A stretch of DNA of 64,000 bases, taken from assembly GCA_963665125.2 (NCBI GenBank), contig CAXXUK010000001.1, positions 1,920,001 through 1,984,000 on the forward strand. The letters run 5' to 3'. Positions 18,935 to 27,400 of this stretch are shown here, piece after piece. The stretch's first letter is position 1. The number at the start of each line of letters is the position of its first letter. Origin of the DNA: an uncultured Desulfarculus sp. (GTDB taxonomy: Bacteria; Desulfobacterota; Desulfarculia; Desulfarculales; Desulfarculaceae). Made by a program: the position numbers and the translations under genes. Under the pieces are notes generated by a model, which did not search any database, was not told where the DNA came from, and saw only the letters and a program-made list of their open reading frames with translations.

Positions 18935-18987
18935 GTGGCCGGTTACCCGTGGCTCCAACATGCCAGGCGGCGTCCGAACGCTCGATT

Positions 18988-19077
18988 GACCCGGCCTTGG
19001 ACTACATGTCCCCGGGCCAAAACCAGATGGCCACTATGACTGTTTAATTGCGTGTCCGCTAGAACGGGACAAGATCA
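18988..19077 (+). mobile_element. IS3-family remnant (transposase C-terminal codons plus right inverted repeat)
   Basis: Reads DPALDYMSPGQNQMATMTV*, resembling the IS3 OrfB tail HSALGYxSP; followed by GTGTCCGCTAGAACGGGACAAGATCA, resembling IS3 ends (GTGTCC...GATCA). Confidence 0.6.
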
Positions 19078-19202
19078 ATATTTAATTATTACAAGACTAT
19101 TAGATAGTCGGCTTTTTGGAGTTGAAACAAAGAAAGACTAAATTGCCGAAGATAGCAGTTGAAAAGAGTGGCCAACATGTGACAATGGCCAAAATTACAA
19201 AT

Positions 19203-19235
19203 AAAAAGGACTTGGCTTTTTATGACCAAGTCCTT
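19203..19235 (-). terminator. tRNA gene terminator
   Basis: AAGGACTTGG/CCAAGTCCTT stem followed by T tract on the minus strand. Confidence 0.75.
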
Positions 19236-19245
19236 GGCTTCTTTA

Positions 19246-19322
<77 letters not shown>

Positions 19323-19334
19323 ACAACGTGGCCA

Positions 19335-19363
19335 ACTATAGCTGAGCGTAACCGTTCTGTCAA
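19335..19363 (-). promoter_or_regulatory. sigma70 promoter of the tRNA gene
   Basis: TTGACA-17 bp-TATAGT on the minus strand. Confidence 0.75.
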
Positions 19364-19464
19364 CAGCCCCCAATGCTTGTACCCTCCCCTTTATTGAGAT
19401 AGGATTGTCCATACCGCAGGGATTCGAAAACCACCGCAGGGAATTCGAGGAGAACAAATCAATC

Positions 19465-20634
19465 ATGAACGTCCACGAATATCAAGCCAAGCAGCTTCTG
19501 GCGGCGTTCGGCGTGCCCGTGCCTCGCGGCGGGGTGGCCGAGACAGCCGATCAGGCGCGAAGCGTGGCCAAGCAGTTGAGTGCGGAAGGATACGTGGTCA
19601 AGGCCCAGATTCATGCAGGAGGGCGAGGTAAAGGCGGCGGCGTCAAGATCGTCATGTCGGCCGACGAAGCCGCCAAGGCTGCCGGAGACATGCTGGGCAT
19701 GCGTTTGGTGACCCACCAGACCGGACCCGAGGGCAAAAAGGTCCGCAGGGTCTGGATCGAACCGGCTACCAAAATCGCCAGGGAGCTATACATGGCGGTG
19801 GTGCTGGACCGCGGGGCCGAGTGCATGGCCGTGATGGCCTCGCCCGACGGCGGCATGGACATCGAGGAGGTCGCCGCCAAGACCCCCGAGCGCATCTTTA
19901 CCACGCGCATCGATCCCGGCCAGCCCCTTTGGGGCAACCAGGCCCGCAAGCTGCTGTTCGGCTGCGGCCTGGAGCTCAAGCAGGTTCGCCAGGGCGAGGC
20001 GCTGTTGAAAAACCTGGTGCGCCTGGCCACGGAAAAGGAAACCACGCTCATCGAGATCAACCCGCTGGTCGTCACCACCGACGGCGATCTTATTGCCCTG
20101 GACGCCAAACTCAATTTCGACGACAGCGCCCTTGGCCGGCATCCGGATATCGCCGAACTCAAGGACCCGCTGGAGACCGACCCGCTGGAGTTGGCGGCCA
20201 CCGAACAGGGCCTCAACTACGTGCGCCTGGACGGCAACGTGGGCACAATGGTCAACGGCGCCGGCCTGGCCATGGCCACCATGGACGTCATCAAGATGGC
20301 CGGGGCCTCCCCGGCCAACTTCCTGGACGTGGGCGGAGGCGCATCGGAAGAGATGATCACCAAGGCCTTTGAGATCATCCTGGAGGACCAGAACGTCGAG
20401 GCCATTCTGATCAACATCTTCGGCGGCATCCTGCGCTGCGATGTGTTGGCATCCGGCGTGGTGGCCGCGGCCCGCAACGTTGATCTCAAGCTGCCCCTGG
20501 TCGTGCGCCTGGAAGGCACCAACGTGGAGGAAGGCCGCCGCATTCTGGCCGAGAGCGACTTGTCGTTCGAGGTGGCCGAGTCTCTGTCCGACGCCGCCGA
20601 CAAGGTGGCCATGGTGGCGGGAGGTGCGAAATGA
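19465..20634 (+). CDS. sucC: succinyl-CoA synthetase beta subunit
   Basis: [43 protein letters not shown]. Confidence 0.96.
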   Translation: MNVHEYQAKQLLAAFGVPVPRGGVAETADQARSVAKQLSAEGYVVKAQIHAGGRGKGGGVKIVMSADEAAKAAGDMLGMRLVTHQTGPEGKKVRRVWIEPATKIARELYMAVVLDRGAECMAVMASPDGGMDIEEVAAKTPERIFTTRIDPGQPLWGNQARKLLFGCGLELKQVRQGEALLKNLVRLATEKETTLIEINPLVVTTDGDLIALDAKLNFDDSALGRHPDIAELKDPLETDPLELAATEQGLNYVRLDGNVGTMVNGAGLAMATMDVIKMAGASPANFLDVGGGASEEMITKAFEIILEDQNVEAILINIFGGILRCDVLASGVVAAARNVDLKLPLVVRLEGTNVEEGRRILAESDLSFEVAESLSDAADKVAMVAGGAK

Positions 20635-21503
20635 GCATCCTGGTAAATAAAGACTCCCGCATCGTGGTCCAGGGCATCACCGGCCGCGAGGGCATGTTCC
20701 ACACAGAAAAAATGATCGAGTACGGCACCAAGGTGGTGGCCGGCGTGACACCGGGCAAGGGCGGCACCACCGTCCTGGGCGCGCCGGTGTTCAACACCGT
20801 GGCCGACGCCGTGGCCCAGACCGACGCGGACACGGCCATAGTGTTCGTTCCGGCCTCCTTTGCCGCCGACGCGGCGTGCGAGGCCGCCGACGCGGGCATC
20901 AAGCTGGTGGTCGTCATCACCGAACACATCCCGGTCAAGGACATGGTCCTGGCCAAGGATCATCTGAATGCCAGAGGCACCATGATGGTCGGCCCCAACT
21001 GCCCGGGCGTCATCACCCCCGGCGAATGCAAGCTGGGCATCATGCCCGGTTACATCCACAAGCAGGGCAAGGTGGGCCTGATCAGCCGCTCGGGCACCCT
21101 TACCTATGAGGTCGTCCACCAGCTTACCCAGGCCGGCCTGGGCCAAAGCACGTGCATCGGCATCGGCGGCGACCCCATCATCGGCCTGGGCTTTGTGGAC
21201 CTGTTGAAAATGTTCGCCGAGGACGACGACACCGAAGCGGTGTGCACCATCGGCGAGATCGGCGGCGACGCCGAGGAACGGGCCGCGGCCCTGGTCAAGG
21301 CGGGCTATCCCAAGCCGGTGTTCGGCTTTGTGGCGGGCCTGACCGCTCCGCCGGGCAAGCGCATGGGCCATGCCGGAGCCATCATCAGCGGCGGTAAGGG
21401 CAAGGCCTCGGACAAGCTGGCGGCCATGGAAGACGCGGGCATAACCGTTGTTCGCCGACTGGGTGAGTTCGGCGCCACGGTGGCAAAAACTCTCTACAAA
21501 TAG
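20631..21503 (+). CDS. sucD: succinyl-CoA synthetase alpha subunit
   Basis: [27 protein letters not shown] phospho-His motif; ATGA overlap with sucC. Confidence 0.96.
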   Translation: MSILVNKDSRIVVQGITGREGMFHTEKMIEYGTKVVAGVTPGKGGTTVLGAPVFNTVADAVAQTDADTAIVFVPASFAADAACEAADAGIKLVVVITEHIPVKDMVLAKDHLNARGTMMVGPNCPGVITPGECKLGIMPGYIHKQGKVGLISRSGTLTYEVVHQLTQAGLGQSTCIGIGGDPIIGLGFVDLLKMFAEDDDTEAVCTIGEIGGDAEERAAALVKAGYPKPVFGFVAGLTAPPGKRMGHAGAIISGGKGKASDKLAAMEDAGITVVRRLGEFGATVAKTLYK

Positions 21504-21587
21504 ATATTGTGCTATGATGGGCCGGAAAGGCCGCTACGGCGGTTTTTTCGGCCCACTTCCATAGATGTTCAAGCTGGTTGGGGGAAC

Positions 21588-22223
21588 ATGGCCGCACCAC
21601 AGGATCAGATCATCGACGCGCCTTGGGGCCAGGCGACCCTGCATTACGTGCAGTCTCCCGATGATCTCAATGCCTGGCAAATGGATGAAGGCTTTGGCAA
21701 GTTCAGCCGCTATCGTTCTTTTTTCGATTCCATAGAAAGCCTGAAAAAGCAGCTCGGCGCGCCGGGCGCGGAGATGACCGTGGCCTTGGCGGGCGAAACA
21801 ATCACCGCCTATGCCTTGATCCGCCCTGCCCCGTCCGATGAACGTTGGGCCGAATTGGAAGACCCGCCCATGTTCGAGCTGATCATCGAAGCCGCTCGGG
21901 GCAGGCGCAACGGCCATATCGCCAAATCGCTTTTAAAATTATTGGTGGACCACACCCACAACGACCAGCGCATCATCTACCTGGTCGGCTATTCCTGGAC
22001 CTGGGATCTGGAGGAGTCCGGCAAGACCATGCAGGAATACCGCCAGACCCTGATAGGCCTGGTGGAGTTCATGGGCTTCCGGGAATACCCCACCAACGAG
22101 CCCAACGTGGCCCTGCGCCAGGAAAACCTGTTCATGGCCCGGCTGGGGCCGGAGATCGAGGCCGACCGCCCCCGCAAGCGCCGCTTCACCAACCTGCTTT
22201 TCGGTATCCAGGAAGACTGGTAG
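21588..22223 (+). CDS. AcuA-like GNAT acetyltransferase
   Basis: RRNGHIAKSLL acetyl-CoA loop, YSWTWDL and NLFMARLG, resembling AcuA motifs YYWHWDL and NxLMARIG. Confidence 0.7.
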   Translation: MAAPQDQIIDAPWGQATLHYVQSPDDLNAWQMDEGFGKFSRYRSFFDSIESLKKQLGAPGAEMTVALAGETITAYALIRPAPSDERWAELEDPPMFELIIEAARGRRNGHIAKSLLKLLVDHTHNDQRIIYLVGYSWTWDLEESGKTMQEYRQTLIGLVEFMGFREYPTNEPNVALRQENLFMARLGPEIEADRPRKRRFTNLLFGIQEDW

Positions 22224-22226
22224 GCC

Positions 22227-22793
22227 ATGGGCCCGGGGCGATGGCTCTTGCTGGCCTGGGCGGCCTCCTTGCCGCTGTGCTGGCTTGCCGCCGAACGCAT
22301 CGTTGACGCCGCCGGGCTTGCGGGCCGGGCCGCCCAAGGCGCGTCCCTGGTGTTGGCGTGTTTCATGGCCATCGCCGTTCCCGTCATCTTTTATCATCTC
22401 AGAGAACAGCGCATCCGCCGCTCGGGCATCCGCAGGGTGGACGCCATGGCCGGGCAGGAGTTCGAAGGCTATCTGGCCGACATCTTCCTGCGCGCCGGGT
22501 TCAGCGTGGAGCGGACCGGGGCAAGCGCCGATTACGGCGCGGACCTGCTGATCAGCCGGGACGGCCGGACCCTTGTGGTCCAGGCCAAACGTTACAACGG
22601 CGCGGTGGGCGTGGCCGCCGTGCAGCAGGCCGCCGCGGCCCAGGCCCATTATCAGGCCCAGGGGGCCATGGTCGTCACCAACAGCCGCTTCACCCGCCAG
22701 GCTTGCGATCTGGCCGGCACCAATGATGTACAGTTGTGGGACCGCGGTGTATTATTCGACGTGGCCACGGGCCGCAAGACAATCAGCCGTTGA
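22227..22793 (+). CDS. membrane-anchored Mrr_cat (PD-(D/E)xK) domain protein
   Basis: Two TM helices, then GQEFE, DYGADL, VQAKRY and VVTNSRFT. Confidence 0.85.
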   Translation: MGPGRWLLLAWAASLPLCWLAAERIVDAAGLAGRAAQGASLVLACFMAIAVPVIFYHLREQRIRRSGIRRVDAMAGQEFEGYLADIFLRAGFSVERTGASADYGADLLISRDGRTLVVQAKRYNGAVGVAAVQQAAAAQAHYQAQGAMVVTNSRFTRQACDLAGTNDVQLWDRGVLFDVATGRKTISR

Positions 22794-22810
22794 TCTTGAA
22801 AGGAAAATAC

Positions 22811-24016
22811 ATGCTGCCCAAGCGTGAAAATTATCTGCCGTTTTCCCGGCCGTCGTTCGGCCCCGAAGAGGAACGCGAGGTCATCGAGTGCCTGCGCTCT
22901 GGCTGGATAACCACCGGCCCCAGGGCCAGGGAGCTTGAGGAGCACTTTGCCGAGATGAGCGGCGCGGCCCACGCTATCGCCTGCAATTCGGGCACCTCGG
23001 CCCTGCACATGGCCTATGCCGCCCTGGGCCTGGGCCCCGGCGACGACGTGCTGGTGCCCAGCTTCACCTGGGTCTCAACCGCCTCCATGATCGTGCTCTG
23101 CGGCGCGCGGCCCGTCCTTTGTGAGGTCGAGGCCGACACCTGGAACCTGGACCCCGTCTGGTTGGAGCAAATGGTCCAAGGCCGCTATTCCCTTGACGCT
23201 GACGGCCGCATGGTCGGCCCGGACGGCGCGGTGCTCAAAGCCATGGTACCGGTGCACTACGCGGGCCAGTCCTGCGACATGGACGCCCTGGCCGCCCTGG
23301 CCGAACGCTGGAATATCGACATTATCGAAGACGCGGCCCATGGCGCGGGAGCCGACTACAAGGGCCGCCACCAGGGCACAATCGGTAAAATCGGCTGCTT
23401 TTCCTTTTACGCCAATAAGAACATGACCACGGCCGAGGGCGGCATGGTCGTCACGGCCGATGAAGACCTGGCCTCCAAGCTGCGGGTGCTGAGCATGCAC
23501 GGCCTGCAAAAGGACGCCTGGAAACGCTACGCCAAGGGCGGCTCCTGGTGGCAGCCGGTCATAGACCTGGGCTTCAAGTACAACATGACAGACATGGCCG
23601 CATCCCTGGGCCTGCACCAACTCAAGAAGCTCCACGGCTTCAACCAGCGCCGCCGGGACCTCAGCGCCATCTATGACCAGGGTCTGAGCGGCATCCCCAA
23701 TCTGAGCGTAACCAGGGACAAGGGCTACGGCCTGCACGCCCGCCACCTCTACGCCATCTGCCTGGAGCCCGGCGCGCCTCTGGACAAAACGGCCATGATC
23801 CAGGCCCTGGCCCAGCGCAACATCGGCGCGGGCGTCCATTACATCCCCGTGCACATGCACCCCTACTACCAACAGACCTTCGGCTGCCAACGCGGCGATC
23901 TGCCCGTCACCGAACGCATCTTCGACGGCCAGATCAGCCTGCCCCTGTTCCCGGACATGACCGACGACGACGCGGCATATGTCATTGACAGCATTAGGGG
24001 TTTGTTGACGGCGTAG
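22811..24016 (+). CDS. DegT/DnrJ/EryC1/StrS aminotransferase
   Basis: SGWITTGP, NSGTSALH, EDAAH, FSFYANKNMTTAEGG. Confidence 0.94.
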   Translation: MLPKRENYLPFSRPSFGPEEEREVIECLRSGWITTGPRARELEEHFAEMSGAAHAIACNSGTSALHMAYAALGLGPGDDVLVPSFTWVSTASMIVLCGARPVLCEVEADTWNLDPVWLEQMVQGRYSLDADGRMVGPDGAVLKAMVPVHYAGQSCDMDALAALAERWNIDIIEDAAHGAGADYKGRHQGTIGKIGCFSFYANKNMTTAEGGMVVTADEDLASKLRVLSMHGLQKDAWKRYAKGGSWWQPVIDLGFKYNMTDMAASLGLHQLKKLHGFNQRRRDLSAIYDQGLSGIPNLSVTRDKGYGLHARHLYAICLEPGAPLDKTAMIQALAQRNIGAGVHYIPVHMHPYYQQTFGCQRGDLPVTERIFDGQISLPLFPDMTDDDAAYVIDSIRGLLTA

Positions 24017-24022
24017 CGATTC

Positions 24023-24292
24023 GCGGGAAAACTTTTTTGGAAAAAAGTTTTCCCGCACCCTTTCAAAAAACTTTGCCGATTAATGTTTGCCGTCTTCGCC
24101 GTCAAACATTAATCGGACATTTGGGACGATGGACTCTCTTGGCGTTACGCCGCGAATTGTTTTTGCCAACGGCAAAACAATTCGCGCGGAGAATCCACAC
24201 CGCCCAAGGGCCGCCAAAGGCGCGGCGGCGTCTTTGGCGCGAAGTTCTTTGAAGGGGTCCGAAGGGAAACTTTCTTTCAAGAAAGTTTCCCC
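24023..24292. repeat. composite palindromic intergenic element (REP/MITE-like)
   Basis: Five hairpins (24023-24056, 24076-24116, 24151-24186, 24212-24239, 24264-24291); the two end units are related and inverted. Confidence 0.7.
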
Positions 24293-24418
24293 TTTTTCGT
24301 CAGACCGAATGGCGTTTATGCGTCCATAATCATTGATATCAGCGGTTGACTGGCTTTGGGTAGCGTCCTAGACTGGATTTGAATTCTGGCACCATCCTTA
24401 TCAAAAGGGGAGAATCAT

Positions 24419-27400
24419 ATGCGCGCAAGGGGTTTACGTGTGAGCGCCGTATTGGCGGCGCTTTTTGCCGTGGCGTTGTTAATGGCCGCAGACGGCCTGG
24501 CCATGGATGAAAAACAACCCGCCGCCCTGAAAGTGACCAGTCTGCTGCCCCAGGGCCAGGCTCCCCGGCTGACGCAGATCGTCGTCGGTTTCAACAAACA
24601 GATGGTGCCCCTTGGCACAGCCGAACAGGGCGACACCGACGCGCCGCTGAGGTTGGACCCCAGGCCGGCCGGAGCCTATCGCTGGCTCGACCCTTCGACC
24701 CTGGCCTATATTTTCGACAAACCCGTTACCGGGTCCACACGCATAAAGATAGCCGTTCCGGCCGGAATAAAGGCCCTGGACGGTTCGGCCCTGGCCAAGA
24801 CCGTGCGGGCCACGGCCTGGACGCCGCCGGTGGTGGTCAGCGACACAAACCCCAAACCTGGTTACAGGGTGGGGCCAGACCAGCAGTTTCGCCTGTACCT
24901 CAACCAGCCGGTGAAGCTCGACAGCCTGGTTAAGCGTCTGGCCGTTTATGTCGGCGGCAATCGGGTGGGCGCGAAGGTCAACCTCCAGCCCAAGCCCAGT
25001 TGGCAGCGTGAACGCCAGAATCTGGCCGCCGTTTACATTGTGACCCTGGACAAATCCCTGCCGCCCGAAACAGGCGTGCGCATCGATATAGGCAAGGGAC
25101 TGGTGCCCGAGGAGGGAGACCTTCCCTCGGAGCGGTCTTTCGGGTTTACCTACCGCACATACAACACGTTGCATATGGTCAGGGCCTTCATGCCCAACAG
25201 TGTATTGGGCGGCTTGGACCCCTCGGCCTCGCTGATGCTGGAATTCAACAACCCGGTAAAGGGCGAAGACGTTTGGAAACATCTCAAAATCGATCCGCCG
25301 CTGCCCAGGCCGGTCGAAGATTTTTATGAATCGTCATCACGTTGGGTGCACCTCGATCTGAAATTCAAGCCTGGCCAAACCTACAAGGTCGTGCTTGAGG
25401 CTGGCCTCAAGGACGATTTCGGCACTGCCCTGGCCGCGCCGGTGACCCATGTATTGAAGATGGGCGACCTCAACCCGCTGATGGCCCTGAGCAGCACCAG
25501 CGGCGTGCTGGAACTGCCGGGGGTCTTGCCCCTGCGCCTGCGCAACCTCGATGCCGTTGATCTGGGCCTTCAACTCATTGGGCCGGACAACGTGGTCCCG
25601 GCCCTGGTGGCCGAGGCCGAGCGTGACTGGGACGACCCCAGGGAGCCGCCCAAGCAGGGCGATCCCGGCGTGGTCATCGAGGAACTCAGGCCTGAGCTGG
25701 AAAAAAACCGCACCGTGCTCTATCCCCTGGACCTAGGCAAGCTGTTGGGCCGCTCGCCCACCGGCGGCCTGATTCTGGTGGATGCCCGGGCCACCTGGCC
25801 TGACGATAACGGCGAACCAAACTTGCGTGTGCGCCGGGCCCTGATTCAGGTGACCCAAATGGGCCTGTCGCTGAAGCTGGGCGCGTCGTCCGGCGCCGCC
25901 TGGGTCACCGGGCTGGCCGACGCCAAACCCATGGCCGGGGTGGCCCTGGAGCTACGCGACCGCAAAAACCGCGTGCTGTGGCAAGGTGTCAGCGATGAAA
26001 ACGGCTTAGCCAAGCTCCCCGGCGTGGAAGAGCTCAAGCCCGATCCGGACCCGGACCGCCCCTGGCGAAACCCGCTGGTCTACTTGATGGCCCAAAAGGA
26101 CGGCGACATGGCCGTCTTGCCCAGCGAATGGGGCTGGGACCTGACCTATGAACTGCCTTCGGAGGTCAATTTCACCGGGCCGGGGGACACCCCTTCGGTG
26201 GCCGCCCACGCCTTGGTGCAATTGCCCCTTTATCAGCCCGGCCAGGAGGTGCGGTTCGCCGTGTATCTGCGCAACCGCACGGCAGACGGCCTGGTGGCCC
26301 CGGAGCCGACGGACGTCGAGCTGATGGTTGACGACCCCTACGGCAAACAGTTGCAAAAGGTCACCACCCGCTCGAACCGTTACGGTACGGTCTCGAGCAG
26401 CCTGCAACTAAGCAGCAGCGCCCGGCTGGGCAGTTACACCATCAGGGTTAAATTCAACGGCAAGCGGGTCACCGCGGGCAGCTTCCGGGTGGCCTCGTTC
26501 CGGCCTCCGGATTTCAAGGTTACGCTTAATTCGCCTGATGACGCCGTGGGCTCCGGCCCGGCGGGCCAGGCCCAGGTCGACGCCCAGTACCTGTTCGGCG
26601 CGCCCGTGGCCGAGGGCTCGGCCGAGCTGACCGTTAGCCAGGAGCCCACCTATTTCAGCCCCCCGCCCCTGCGTGATTTCGTGGTGGGCGACATTCCCCT
26701 GCCCGGCAGCGAGGTCTTCCAGCAGGCCACACTGGGCCAGCAGAAGGCCAGCCTGGACGCCAAGGGTTTCACCACTTTTGAGCTGCCCAAGGCCGAGCCC
26801 CTACCGGGCCTGCCCGTGCGTCTGCAGATGCAGGCCGTGGTGGGAGACAAGGCCGATTTGTTCATGACGGCCAGCCGCTCCATGATCGTGCACCCGGCGT
26901 CCATTTACGTCGGCCTCAAGACACCCCTGTTGGCCACGGCCAACCAGGCGGCCAAGATTGAGTTGCTGGCCGCGGGCTTTGACGGCAAACCAGCCGCTCT
27001 GGAAGGCCTGAAGCTCACGGCTTATCGCCAGTACTGGGAGACGGTGCGCGAAAAAGGCCCCGGCGGCTACTACCGCTACCTGGGCCAGGCCCGGCGTGAG
27101 CAAGTCTGGCAGGGAGACGTCAGCCTGGCCACAGACGGCGCCACCGTGGAATTCACCCCGCCCCAGGCAGGCACCTATGTTTTGGTGGCCGAGGCCAAGG
27201 ATTCGGCCGGGCGTATCATCCGCTCGGCGGCCTATATGTGGGCCACGGGCGGCGGTATTGCCGGCTGGCAGTGTTTCGACGGCCATCAGTTGGAACTGCA
27301 AGCCGCCGGTGACGACCTCAAGCCCGGCCAGACGGCCCGTATTTTGGTGAAAAACCCCTTTGCCAAGGCCACTGCCCTGGTTAGCGTGGAGCGCCGGGGC

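Noticed and set aside
19465..21503. SucCD as a dedicated glutarate-CoA ligase for the operon
   Set aside because: Sequence looks canonical, and the genes are separately located with no shared activator motif seen
24037..24329. Small ORFs within the hairpin element
   Set aside because: No RBS or protein-like features; explained by palindromic DNA
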